Position numbers and translations under genes: made by a program. Positions 1 to 13,146 of a DNA stretch of 64,000 nt are shown piece after piece. Every line of letters begins with the position of its first letter. Position 1 is the first letter of the stretch. The stretch spans positions 51,274,001 to 51,338,000 of the forward strand of contig NC_135656.1 in NCBI RefSeq assembly GCF_964188315.1, given 5' to 3'. The notes under the pieces were generated by a model. That model had not been told where the DNA came from, did no database searches, and worked only from the letters and a program-made list of their open reading frames with translations. The stretch is from Podarcis muralis. Lineage: Eukaryota.

Positions 1-944
1 TTTGCTGATGATTTCACTGCATGTCAATATCCATATTATTATTTGAAAGAAAAACTCCATACATCAGTGGGAATGGATGTGGGAACTATGAACAAGTCGT
101 CAGTGCCAGTTCTGGGCACTTGTTTCTCTACAATTTGGAAAGGCAAGCTCCTAAACCTATGTACAGTGAAAAATGTGAACCAGCTCAAAGGGAATAGTCA
201 GATATTAGCATAGGAGGAAATGGCATCCTAACCCTTCCTCCAGTACTATTTTTCTGCTGAAAATAGCCTCCCACAATCCAGTTGCTATTCATCTCCAGAA
301 TTGAAGAGATTTCTAGCCATATCTGTTCCCCAGCAAGGACAAAGCAACTGACAGAAGCAATGTTGAGTGGGAGAGTGGCACATAGGAAATGGTTAAGAAG
401 TTTCCTTTCCCCGTCTCCCATGTCATTGTTTCATTTAAAATTACGTGGGAACTGCATGTTATATGCAGTTCTGTACACCTTGGTTGGCTCTATCTAAGCA
501 GTCAAGTAGAAGGTTTAAAAAGTAAGAGAAAATGCCGATGATGTGGCAAAACCTTTCCTGGACTGCACTACATCAGACCACATATATGTGGTTGGCTGTA
601 TGTTTTAATCCTCCAGCATATGCAAAAATGCTACACATAAAAATTAGTATGTCCGTGGGAGAGGCTGTGCTAGCAACCTTCCCTCTGACAACTAGTTTTC
701 TATCTACAGGGTGTTTATCTCAGCAGAACAGAATTGCATGTCTCCATCTGAATTCTTTAGTGGTACATCTAGGAACAAATATCCCACCTCAGCTGCTGTT
801 AATGTAGAGCTGGCCACTGTTAGGTGATGGGAGGTGGCAGAACTAGATAGTGGAAGGAAAGTGTGGGGTGAGGCCAGGAAACAGACTGAGGGAGAATATC
901 TGCTGCCCTAAATGCAGAGGAAAAATATTTTCAGAGTGGTAAGC

Positions 945-946
<2 letters not shown>

Positions 947-1000
<54 letters not shown>
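947..1000. repeat. (TTTC)n microsatellite
   Basis: Perfect tetranucleotide run. Confidence 0.97.
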
Positions 1001-2098
1001 GAATTACGTCCATTCATTAGTTTTGCAACTGGTGTTAAAGAAGCACTGAGTTTTATGGAAAATTGCATTACTAGGTCAAAATTGCATTGCTAGGTCATCC
1101 TAGCTTTCGAAACACTTGTATTAGTTTTACTGGAGCATCACCAGAGATAAACATTGTCTTTGACCTGAATTATGACATCAAGTAAGATGAGGGAGGAAAA
1201 CCCACGCTGGACTAGAAAATTCATAAACAATGGTCATACTCACATGCAATGACCCTTACTGGTAAATTTGAAAAAGGAGCAATGACAATAGCAGTTTCTG
1301 CTATGTTGAAATAAGTTTATAAATTCAGTAGTTGCCATGTCCCATAAATCTCAAATGGTTTCCAAACAAATCCAATGTGTTTTCATAGCTGCTAATGTTA
1401 AAATCTTCCCCAAGGGTGTATAGGCCTAAACCTGCTATCTCAGCTGCTAAATAAAGACAGGATATTAAACAATAACAACAAAACTTAAGAATCGGCAGCT
1501 TAGGGATGAAGACAAGGGCCCTGCAGCTGTGGAATTTAGTCCTAACTTACATGAACCTTCCAAAGTATGCCTGAAAGTTTGGGAAATACAGAGAATACCT
1601 CTTTGGATTGAGACACAAAAGCTCTCCAACTAATATTCACCTTGGTTAACTCCTGTCAGTCCCTATTTAATAATTATGGCACCAAGACCACATCTACCAT
1701 AACAGGTAAAGCAGCAATCATGAAAAGGCTGACTTTATCAATGTCCTAGCATGAAATTTCTGCTTATTTCAAGCTGTACAGAGGTGGTGGTATACAGGCC
1801 ACCTCTACATGCAGAATGTAGTGTACATTGATTTTTACAATGCCTTGGAGAGTGTGCTGGGCAAAGCCTACTTACAGAAGTGAGCAAAATGGTAAACCTG
1901 TACCAGATTTTGTGTATACCAGTACTCTACACAAAATCACCTTCCTGCATGCTACCAGCAGGCTAGTATGCTACCACCATCATACAATCAGTGGTAGTAA
2001 GAGGGCATATACAAAAAAAGTAATGAACACTCATCTAGAAACTGTTTTTGCAACTATTAAACAAGCATAAAATGGGAGAAGAATGGAAAACAATTCTA

Positions 2099-2162
2099 CT
2101 TTCATAGAATCATAGAGTTGGAATAGACCACAAGGGCCATCGAGTCCAACCCCCTGCCAAGC
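2099..2162 (-). mobile_element. CR1-type 3' tail (CR1 LINE or CR1-tailed SINE fragment)
   Basis: catagaatcatagagttggaa...ccatcgagtccaaccccctg is the reverse complement of the typical squamate CR1 3' end. Confidence 0.75.
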
Positions 2163-2603
2163 AACTTTCATCTGCATGGGTGAAAAATCCTCAAAATATG
2201 CTAGGAGGGGGGGGAATGTTACATATGACTGATGATGATGATGATTAACCTTCCCTTCATCAGAAGGTCTCAGGGTCAAACATTGGGTTGGAATATTGAG
2301 CCAAATCACTTATAGAAGGTGTATCAGTGCTGGGTGAGTGTGTGAAAGTAGCAGAGCTGTTGGTACCTATATAGACACTGGGGTGCTAGCTTGGTGGGTG
2401 CTGCAAAATGAAAGAGACTGAGTAACAAGCGATGAGGAAGTTGTTGAAAGCAGCTGTTTGATTCTGCCTCAGACAGACACAAAGGATTGTTCTAATGTGT
2501 CAATAATCATCTCAAACTAAAATGGTAACGTCACAACCGAGTCTAAATTAGCAGACCATCTGGACTTCAGGAGGTCTAAGCCTGTTGTACCATGGCTTGC
2601 AAA

Positions 2604-2714
2604 CAGTGCTTTTTTTCTAGAAAGATTGGTGCTAGTACTCACCATGAAGTTGTCAGAGTATGTGCCACACTTTTTAGCCACAAGAAAAAGAGCACCTCCT
2701 GAAAAAAGGCACTG
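2604..2714. mobile_element. hAT-type MITE (CAGTGCTTTTTT TIR family)
   Basis: Ends cagtgctttttt / aaaaaaggcactg; exact 8-bp TSD CTTGCAAA at 2596-2603 and 2715-2722. Confidence 0.9.
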
Positions 2715-2756
2715 CTTGCAAAGATCCTAGCCTTTCTTCTTCACCGGCTTCATGTG

Positions 2757-3893
2757 TTTTTTTTTTTTTTTAATAATATTTTTTTATTGCTTTGTTTTCC
2801 AAGGTCAAAGTACATCGTCAATACAACGTCAATAACACAACAAAAGCTATTTTACAAAAAGGAAGAAAAAATTAAACAAAAGTAAATTCATTTTTCCAAA
2901 TCTTTTTTCATCATCAACTGGACTTCCCCACATCCTCCATCCCTGCATTCTTTACAATAAAAGTAAACAGCAAATTAATACCTTGTTTCATGTGTTTTTG
3001 TGTTTTCATCTAATTATTTACTCTAAAAATTAAACTTTTCTCAGTCGTAACTTAGTTTCAATCATTTCCGAATCTCAATACTGAAGCATGTTTTTCTCAA
3101 AACTTAGCAAATTCTCAACATTCATATAACTTATAATGTTTTTGTAAATAGTCCTTAAATTTTTTCCAGTCCTCTTCCACTGCCTCTTCTCCCAGGTTTC
3201 GGATTCTGCCAGTCATTTCAGCCAGTTCCATGTAGTCCATCAGTTGCGTGTGCTACTCTTCCAGTGTGGGTAGCTCCTGTGCCTTCCAGTATTTGGCTAT
3301 AAGAATTCTTGCTGCTGTAGTTGCATATAGAAAGAAAGTTCTATCTTTCTTTGGCACTCTCTGGCCTACAATGCCCAGGAGGAAGGCCTCTGGTTTCTTA
3401 TGAAAGGTATACTTAAATACCTTTTTCAACTCGTTATAAATCATTTCCCAAAAAGCCTTCACCCTCGGGCATGTCCACCAAAGGTGAAAGAATGTTCCTT
3501 CAGCCTCCTTACATTTCCAACATTTATTGTCAGACAAATGATATATCTTTGCAAGTTTGACTGGGGTCATGTACCACCTGTACATCATTTTCATAATGTT
3601 TTCTTTTAAGGCACTACATGCCGTGAATTTCATACCGGTGGTCCATAACCTTTCCCAGTCTTCAAACATAATGTTGTACCCAATATCTTGTGCCCATTTT
3701 ATCATGGCTGATTTAACTGTCTCGTCTTGAGTATTCCATTTAAGCAACAAGTTATACATTCTTGAAAGCACTTTCGTCTTAGGTTCAAGTAGTTCTGACT
3801 CTAATTTTGATTTTTCCACCTGGAAACCAATTTTTTTGTCCTTTTTAAAAATCTCTAAAATTTGGGCGTAATGAAACCAGTCTCGCACCTTTC
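2757..3893 (-). mobile_element. Young 5'-truncated L1 LINE (ORF2 C-terminus, 3' UTR, poly(A))
   Basis: Uninterrupted frame ...WYMTPVKLAKIY..CWKCKEAEGTFFHLWWTCPRVKAFW..PEAFLLGI..YATTAARILIAKYWK (Cys-rich L1 ORF2 C-terminus); poly(T) on + strand from 2757; 18-bp TSD CTTCACCGGCTTCATGTG at 2739-2756 and 3894-3911. Confidence 0.95.
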
Positions 3894-5084
3894 CTTCACC
3901 GGCTTCATGTGAAAGCTCCGTAGTAGAATGCAAAGGTTGCGTCTGGCTGTGAGTACACATCCACATGATATTATGTAAACGGTAAACTAGTCCAAAGGGA
4001 AATCAGGGGTTAAGTTGAAGCAGAGAATGTACTAAAGGGCATCCAGGAGCAAGGTGAAGATGCTGAGTTATAAGCCTTTTTTAAAGGAGTCTGTTTGAAA
4101 CTGAGAAAGGGGTGACAAAGGCAATAGAAATGATGGAAACTGGAAACCAGGGGTGGAAAGTCACAGGAAGCAGATGTGCACATAATCCAAGACAGACCCA
4201 AAGGACAGGATGCAGGGACAGGTTGGGACATTTTGGCATGGAGAATAATTGAGAGCAAAGGTCTCAGAAGCAACTAGAAAGAAGGTCTTTTGGCTGAGCA
4301 AACATCCTCCAGTTGATTATCTTGCAGCATCCTATCTTATAAGCAGCAAACACCATTTCTGGGGAATGGATTCAAGACTGGGTCCAGCCAGGGAGGGAAG
4401 GAAATAAAGCCCACCACCACCTTTTTGGAAATTCCAGTCATTTCTCTCCAGTTCTCATGTGAGAGAAGATCCCTGGTACTACCATCACATGGTGGTGAGA
4501 ATAGAACACGTTCAGTGGTGTAGGTCCCAATGGGCCAAGTGAATAATCTGTAGGAGTATAGATAATTTGCATGTGGATTCAGGGTTCTGATTGTTCAAGA
4601 TTTAGCAGTCTAGGTATTTGACAAACAAAAGCAACAACAATGAGCAATGCCTATTGTTACATGGCTGTATGCTATGTTTTAACTTGCTTAGATTTATATT
4701 TTTGGGTTTTTTTTGTCTCAACTCAATAAAGAAAAATTGCAGAGGGGAAATTTAACAGTCTAAGTGCAGTGATATTTGCAATACTTTAAAAAATTCTTTC
4801 TGTACAAGAATTTTTACAGCTTTCATCGTTGCTGTGTGTTTTATATAATGTAAAAGCTGAAACGCTGATACATAAAGATATCTGCTAAAAGCCAAGATGC
4901 TTGGAGTCTTTTTCACTACCTTAATCACAGCATCAGAAGTTTCCAAATGCCATGGAACCTATGGATTCAATGATGATAATGAGCTGACTATAGCATGGAC
5001 AGATGACAAATAAGCTTTCTGTGACCTTATTCAAACATTGAAGCATATCATAGTTAACAGTACACTATGAGCTCTCTCAACCAC

Positions 5085-5290
5085 TTTGCTCCTTCCAGCT
5101 CACATTGGGAAGAAACAAATCACAATCCCTGGGTTAGGACTGAACCAGGGATTGCTCCCAACATGGTTTGTTCTTTGTTTACTGACCATGGTTTGTTGGA
5201 ACGGTTTTTGACAGTGGGAAGGAAACAAGCAGCCCAGAAGAATGGGCTTGTAATAACAATTAACTATGGTTTACCATGATATACAAACTA
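5085..5290. repeat. Degenerate palindromic interspersed repeat (probable non-autonomous DNA element)
   Basis: Internal inverted repeat caatccctgg/ccagggattg and repeated catggtttg(tt) motifs; boundaries approximate. Confidence 0.45.
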
Positions 5291-6649
5291 GGCCAGTATG
5301 CACCAGGTACTGGTGAATCGCATAGTTAACATGCATGCAGTGACTTTGCTTCATGGAACAGTTCCTAGAGTATATAAATTGGTGCATGGCTGTTAAATAC
5401 ATACAGACAAAAGGAAATTTGTACTGTGAAATCTGTAATTTTTAGACTATAAAGCTATTTGATCCTTAGTTGCCATTAGGAAACAACATCAATTTCTCTT
5501 CATATTTGACCCTGCTACATATTATTTAAGGCAGTCTCCCACCTAAGGTTGTCCCTACAAATTTAAATGGCTTTGCACTTTCAAAGTTTGTGTGTCTCCA
5601 GTTTCCAGATGGGTAGCTATGCTGGTCTGTTGTAAGTGGAGGAAACCCAAAGAGATGTGTGGTATCCTAAAGATTAGAAAAAATACAGCAGCATAAGCTT
5701 TTGTGGCCCAGAATGCACTTTATCTATTTATCACTGAACTGGTACCACTCTCCCCCTGCTTTATACTCTTTCAGTGAACGGCTGTTTTCAGCACCTTTGT
5801 TAGCATTTCTCATCCGAGCCACAGCGTCTGCTTCATTTCAGGTTCTTGGCACCATCAAAAGGAATGATCGGGAATGTGCAAAATACATGGACAGCTCTCT
5901 TGCAGTCAAGAATTAGCTGGGGAATAGATTCACAATGGTCATCTACCTAAGACACTGAAGGCTGTGTCTCAAAGGCTGCATCCTGACGTGGACGATTTAG
6001 CGGCACCCTGTGAATGCTGTTCTGCTTTAATCTGGAATAGCAACTCTGCTTCCAGTCTTCTGAAATCCAAATAATGTTCAATAGCCAAGTGATGAGGCCT
6101 CCTTTCCCCACCCCAATTGTTGTTGGGAGGAATTGTAGTATTTTGACATTGGGGGAGGGGAGAGCACAGGTAAACTGCATAAAGATGACCAACCGTGATA
6201 ATTACATATAGAAAATTTATTATAACTGAAGGCACCCTTTATTTCAGTAAGGAATTCTCACATAAAACTGGTAGCAACTTAGTCCTATCATAGCGAAGTT
6301 CTGGGTTGAAATGTGCCGCATTCACATTATGCTGATGAATGCAAGCGGAACATGGAAATGGGGTGGCTATTTAGATCACTGATTTGGCTTTTTCGTTATT
6401 ATATGAGCTCCGCCCTATGGACTGTCCTGATTGCTTATCAGATCAGTGGGAACAAAGAAGAACAAAGAACAAAGCAAAAAAAACAACAACCCCAAACCCT
6501 ACCATACTAAAATTAAGTATTTGCAGCTATCAAGAGAGGTGATTATTACTGCAAAGAGCCTTGGCCATTCCCTTGTAACCAGTTTCTCTCCCCTCTTAGG
6601 AAATGTTCTTTGCAATGACAGAAATTGGCACAATTTCATTGCAGGAGGA

Positions 6650-6712
6650 TAGGGGAAACCCAGCCGGATGGGTGGGGTATAAATTATTTAATAATAATAA
6701 TAATAATAATAG
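6650..6712 (+). mobile_element. L2-type 3' terminus with (AAT)n tail
   Basis: ggggaaacccagccggatgggtggggtataaat followed by the simple-repeat tail; same terminus as 28787-28893. Confidence 0.75.
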
Positions 6713-9337
6713 ATAGTAACAGGGGGAACCCGAAGAAAAGCAGCACATGGCTCTGCAACTATTTGTGCACAAAGGGGCCTTGCAATCATCTGCCTCACCT
6801 GAGCTGCAAGGGAAGAAACCTTTCCCAATTCACACAGAAGGAATACATAATGTGGGAAACCACCCCTACAAAAAGCTTACCTAACTGCAGTTCCACCTTC
6901 TGTATGAAGTTCCTGCTTAATATATAATTTTATCCACCTGTCTTACAATGCCTGGCTAATTGATGCAAGTCTCCTTGTCTGTCTATCACACCCCTCTTAG
7001 CTTCTAAAACCAGATTGGGGTTGGTTTATATTGGCCAACACCCCCCACAAAAAATAACATTTTCATAACCTACAAAAAGGAAGAGCTATGGTGGGTTGTT
7101 GTTGCTTTTACTTCCTCGCTTGAACTTTGATGAGAAATGCCCTAGGATATTACAGCAAGACAGGACAGTATAAAAGGGTACATGGTTGTTGTGAATGTGC
7201 ACGAACCTGACAAACTGGATGTCTCTTGTGGGATAAGCATACAAGCTGGGTTTTAAATAGTCCATGTGGTTTGGCTCCTGTACAATTACTCTTGAAGGTA
7301 CGATATGTATAAACGAATCCGTTTGTGAGCTAGTAGGAAAAGAGAGGGTGGATTGTGGAATTTGATATACCTCACAGAAATAATTTTTGCTGAGGGATAA
7401 GATAAAGGATTTAATTTAGAGCAATGCACAATAGTCTTCCCCTAGGTTCTCACAGTGGCTAGGCAGGATTAATACTCAAGTTGCTGTACTTAGCAATGAT
7501 GTTAGCATTCATTTTAAGCTGCACTGTAAAATTATTCTGAGGTACTTATAATCGGTTTACCAGGCCCACTTTCTAGAGATTGATAGTGTGCTTGCCTTGC
7601 CATCTTGCAAGGCATTATATTCATCATTTGGATTTAAATTAATGGACATCTTACTTGTGGCATTATATACGTGTGGCAATATTTCCACGGTTCAACTTCT
7701 TCAACATTAGACCGTTAAAGACTGGAGAGGACCAGAACTGTGCTTGAAGATTATAAAATGGTAAGATATGAACACTAAGTATTCCTTTCGCTGCTCTGGC
7801 ACATTCCTCCTGATAGTCCTTTTTGAGCATCCATTAATATACAGGTGTGCTGGAAGAGCTTATTTTAACAAAAGGAGCAAGACAGCAAACAAACCAATCT
7901 TGGCTTGCATCCCATCATCATCATCATCATCATTATTACAACACAACAATCCAACAAGTGTGCAAGGGCAAAAATGAGATGAGGATACAACGCAAACAAG
8001 CTGTAAACAAAGCAAACCACGGCATGTTACCAAATTACCACAGTATTCTGCAATGCAAAGCATATGTAGCTTGAGGATGCACAGAGGGTTTGATTTTGAT
8101 TCAGTGGCATCATTGGCTCTAGGGGCAATGTTCACATTATCTCCTATTCACTCTGACAGCTGCTAAAAGTAAGCACTCAGTACTTCCAATCCCACTTTTG
8201 CCAGGTGTGTGTGGTGTGTGAACTGCTATGGGCTGCCAGTGAGAGAATTACATTAGTGCCACGGTTTCTTGTAAATAAAATTATCTTTGCCCCCCTTTAT
8301 CAGATGCATGCACAGTATAAGAGTTGTAATTACACTATCTCAGCAGTGATGGGGGCTATTAAGGTGCATTTTGCTAGCTCTCCTACCTAGAATGACTCAC
8401 CAGCTTGCTGGGAATGTATTGTACCGTGGCTTCCCGGTGCACTAAAGCCTGTCAAACACCTTTGGTATAAAATGCAGCCTCTGAACAGAATTCTTTCTTT
8501 AAAAAAATAATTCAAGCCTTCATCTGTGGTGCTCATACTGGAGAAAGATTCCATATTGACAGCTCGGGAGGCTGATGCACACTCTGTGAAATTCAGTTGT
8601 ATAACAGTTATTCCATGGGCTTTTCATTACAAATAGTCCACCTTTTAGGAACGAAAAGAAAATTCACTCTGCCCCACTCTTAGGCCTCTCACTGACTTTA
8701 TTAGCCCAAATAAATACTCAGCCAGTGTTGGAAAGACAGCTGGTTCACTAGAGCCATGGTCACATTTACTTTTTAAAAACCACCATAGGAAACTTCCAAA
8801 CTGGACTATAAAGTATACTGAGATTCTCCTGATTTATCTGACATCTTCTGCTATTAATCAACTCTTCATGTTCTTAGGAAACCATGGCCACTTGCCATCA
8901 CAGTAAGCACCCTCTCCAAATAACTCCCCTCACCCATGAAATCCCCTATGCTGCAGACCACAAGAATTTCAGGCTGCAAGGTCAAATAATTATACATTCA
9001 GTCCAGGCTGAAAAGAGAATAAAGCCTTACAATGCTAGAGCAAATTAATGGAATCATTTTCTCTATGGGCAGCCCCCATGTATTTTAGTGTTGGAATCAG
9101 TCTTGTGAATTGGTTAGCAAATTCAGGTTGTGATCCACCATGCCACAGGATAGCCTGAATACTATATTCACCCCAAAAATCATATGCTTAGTGGATATTA
9201 AGGATGTTAATTATCTGAATACATGGCAAAACAAAGCATTCATATCACAAGACTGCTCCTATATGCCAAAATCCACTGCGGGGGTGGGGGGTGGAGCAGC
9301 AACTTGTGGTGCGCATTAGTCTGACTTGAAAAACTTA

Positions 9338-9450
9338 AGATTCATCAAATTATAGGGCTGGAAGGGACCATGAGGGTCATTTAGTCAACCCCCTGACATG
9401 CAGGAATCTTTCAAACCAATGAACCCGAGATTAAGAGTCTCATGCACAAG
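9338..9450 (-). mobile_element. tRNA-derived SINE with CR1-like tail (degenerate)
   Basis: Reverse-complement CR1-like tail (gctggaagggaccatgagggtcatttagtcaacc) and tRNA-like head remnant (gaacccgagattaagagtctcatgc). Confidence 0.6.
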
Positions 9451-10485
9451 AACTGGCTAAAAGACAAGAAAATATGGAAGTATGATAACACAGAGACATT
9501 TGTCCCCAATCTAACACGGAGTAAGGCACTTAGCTGCACTTAAGGCCATTTATTTCAATAAGTTCAAGGACGTGTGAGTGCAAGTCTATACCTGCCTACT
9601 CAGAAGTAAGGCACACTGAGTTCAGCAGAGCTTGCTCCCAGGAAAATGGGTGCACAATTGCAGCTTTACTGTGTGTTGGATTGCGGCTACAGTTCCTTAA
9701 CAATGCAGATTTTTAATTTAGCCAGAGTCTTAAGCAGCATAGAGGCTCAAAAGGTCATCCATGTCTTTACTGACTCTGTGGCCCATCTGTTCCATTATGT
9801 ATTATTCGCGTATCCCTGTTGCTACCTATGATTTATTCTGGCATGACATTGTTTGTTAAGTTTTTCCTTTTAAAGGCCCCTGCTCTGGCAAGCACTGGGC
9901 TCAAGGGATGATGGTGACAGAGGCAGCAAGAGAAGCCTATGCAGATCCACAGAAAGCAGCAGCAGCAGGACGAAGCAAAATGTGTTAAGACAGCATACTA
10001 GCATCTTTAACAGACAGCAGGCTCCACAAAGAACACACAGGCTGCTTTGATATGTGGTAAGCATTTGAGATAGAGATGAGGTCAAAGGGGGGCAGAGGGA
10101 GGATCTCATATGCTGCCAGGCTTATGATTTCTAGGACGGGGATGATATCCAAGAATAGTCCACTTCTGCTCCCAAGATCATCAAAGTCTCAAACGGTAAA
10201 GAAAAAGGAAAGTGGAGTGGGATAAACATATTTTAACTTCACAAAGCATGAACCAGTTTAACTGCTCAGGGGAAGAAGAAAGACACAGATCTCCCTTTAT
10301 GCTTTTGCTACATGAAGAGATCTCAAAAAACAGAAACAGAGAAGGTAGGGACAGATGACAAAATTATCACTCATCTACTTAGCAGGATGAAAAAGTTGCC
10401 CTGCATGGCAGCTGCTTTTTCATATGGTTCGGCTCATAAGAACCTCATAAGAGCCCTACGAGATTAGGCGAAGGTCCATCTACTC

Positions 10486-10648
10486 CAGGGGTAGTCAGAC
10501 CTACCACCCACTAATGCATCTTTCTTGGTGGTAAACTTTCCTTACCGCCCACCAGTGCTCGATGGAAGGAGGATTCAGCTTGTGCCGTAGAACCCCCTAC
10601 CGCCCACCTAGAATCCTGAAACGCCCACTAGTGGGTGGTCAACCCCTG
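10486..10648. mobile_element. hAT-type MITE
   Basis: Ends CAGGGGT.../...ACCCCTG; exact 8-bp TSD ATCTACTC at 10478-10485 and 10649-10656; internal ccgccca repeats; sits beside a CR1-like tail fragment (~10435-10485). Confidence 0.85.
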
Positions 10649-10934
10649 ATCTACTCGATCACTTAGTGTGGCAGCACCTATGCTTTGCAACTCCCTGCCT
10701 ATTGAGATTAAGCAGGCACCTTCACTATACTCCTTTTGGCGCCTGCTAAAAACATTCTTGTTCAGACAAGCCTACCCAGAAGCTTTAGAAGTGCTGTTTG
10801 TGAATTTTAATAAGTTTCAGTATTTTCATATCTGCCCAGTATGATCACCTTTATCAGGAGAAAGAGGCAGAGGGAGTGAAACTATGCTGGTCCTTCCTGA
10901 TCAGTCAGAGATGTCAGATACCACCAGTTATCTT

Positions 10935-11095
10935 GTTCAACCCTAACACTGGAAACCACGGGATGGGAAAGCATTCTTGTGCTCTTGTCCTGCTTGTAGG
11001 TTTCCCAGAGGCATCTGGTTGGTCACCATGGGGACAGGATGTTGGACTAGATGGGCCATTGATCTGATCCACAAGGCCTTCTTATGTTCCTACAA
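10935..11095 (+). mobile_element. CR1-type 3' end fragment
   Basis: ttcccagaggcatctggttggtcacc...gatgttggactagatgggccattgatctgatcc...ttcttatgttc. Confidence 0.7.
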
Positions 11096-12763
11096 ATGGC
11101 CTAGTTATTCTGAGGGGAAGAAAGCTCAGTTTGGGCACTCACAATTGGCTTCCTAAGCAAGTGGTCATATGCAGACAATTATCCAGAAAATGTTCACCTG
11201 TATTCACTCAGGGGGTTGTCCTTCATGGATTTTTCGTGACAAGAGAGCCTTGATGTCAAGCTATTCTTACCTCATTTCTTTGCATAATATAGGCCTTTCC
11301 ACTCTGCATGTCTTCTGCAAATACATTTTTTGGAATCACCTTTTGATAAGGAGCACCCCCTAACATTGCTTAGTTCCCCCTCACATCATTTGACATTCTA
11401 TTTGATAGGCTTGTTTGTACACTTGCTATTTGCCACTAGAAGAGAAAATGAAACAACACCTAAACACCAAACTGATAATTAACAATGTTCTTGTTACATG
11501 AGCACACATTCCTTGAGGCCTTTAATTATGAGGCGGGCCCCTCTGCGCCACTTGTTTCCTCCCAGGATAAGAAAGAGCTTCAGTTAGTTAAAACACCTCT
11601 CTGTCAGTCTAGCTAGTTTGGGCTTCTTTCAGCTCAGCTTCTTTAATATGCACAATGCAAAGTGCAAGGTGCACATTATAACCAGCTTAGAAACAAATGT
11701 CAAGAATCATATATAAACTTGAAATAATGGCAACAGCTGCTAGCTAAATTTATTTGGGGGGCACCTCCAGACTGCTGCTTTTTTGCAGGTAGGAACCAAT
11801 GGCATGCCAGCAAATTCAGGTGTGCAATAAAAGTGGATTTGGAGCTCTTATGGAACAAATGCACTTCCAGGTTGGGGGGGGCTGACCTTTTGTGATGAAG
11901 AAAATGATGGAGAAATGCACAGGTAAGTGTGGGATAACAACTGCTTGATGCAATGTTGTATAACCTTGCAAACTTTGTGCAAACAAATCAGGATGACTGC
12001 CCAATATATGTGGAAGTGATCTTAGCAGGTAAAAGTCTACAGTCAGAAGAAATACCTATGTAACAAGGTGTTTAACCAAACTCATAGTTTAATTCCTTAT
12101 TAGGCCAACAACTTCATTTTGAGGAATTTTTAGAATCAGACATCAAATTCAAAGGGAAGCTGAAAAATTATAAACATATTGTTAAGGATGCCTATGAATG
12201 CAGATGGAATTATTATGCATTTAATTTCTAAACCACTTTAATTTTTTAAGAAAAAAACCTCAAAGTGGTTTACAGCACATTAAAACATCAAATAAAACAG
12301 TCCAGAAGAAAACCAAATATAAAGTATACATTAAAAGCAACATCTTTAACAGGAAGCTACAATATTCTACAAAAGATTTCAAAAGAAAGCATTACTAACT
12401 GAAGTCAAATAGAAAATGCAGCATAATTAACAAGAGAATGCAATATTGCCATAAGCATAGAACATATCTGATGCTGTTGCTACTAATCCTACCAAGGGTA
12501 GGCAGGGGATGTAGAAACTCAAGCTCGATGATCTCGGTCTGCACTAAGAGGCAGCCAGAGGGTATAAAATGATACACTGCTGGCATTCGGCTCCTGCCAG
12601 AATTTAAGAGATACACAGAGCTCCAATCCTATGCACACTTACCTTGGAGTAAATCCCATCAAAATCAATGGATCTTACTGCTGAGTAGACACACATAGAA
12701 TTATGTAGATTAACAATGTTTTCTTGCTTTAGTATACCCCCATGTCTTTTGAGACTAAAAATT

Positions 12764-13146
12764 GTTGTTGTTGTTATTGTTGTTGTTTAGTCTTTAGTCG
12801 TGTCCGACTCTTCGTGACCCCATGGACCAGAGCACGCCAGGCACTCCTGTCTTTCACTGCCTCCCGCAGTTTGGTCAGACTCATGTTTGTAGCTTCGAGA
12901 ACACTATCCAACCATCTCGTCCTCTGTCGTCCCCTTCTCCTTATGCCCTCAATCTTTCCCAACATCAGGGTCTTTTCCAGGGAGTCTTCTCTTCTCATGA
13001 GGTGGCCAAAGTATTGGAGCCTTAGCTTCAGGGTCTGTCCTTCCAGTGAGCACTCAGGGCTGATTTCCTTAAGGATGGATAGGTTTGATCTTCTTGCAGT
13101 CCATGGGACTCTCAAGAGTCTCCTCCAGCACCATAATTCAAAAGCA
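12764..13146 (-). mobile_element. BovB (RTE) LINE 3' fragment, 5'-truncated
   Basis: ORF RVPWTARRSNLSILKEISPECSLEGQTLKLRLQYFGHLMRREDSLEKTLMLGKIEG..RRRGRQRTRWLD..WRALVHGVTKSRTRL (BovB ORF C-terminus) with (CAA)n tail; 13-bp TSD GAGACTAAAAATT at 12751-12763 and 13284-13296. Confidence 0.96.

Noticed and set aside
4750-4950. Possible very old L1 remnant (also 16500-16700 and 62440-62720)
   Set aside because: Similarity to L1 ORF2 or 3' UTR is too weak to call by eye.
7160-7200. TATAAAAGGG as a promoter
   Set aside because: Isolated motif with no supporting initiator, CpG or exon context.
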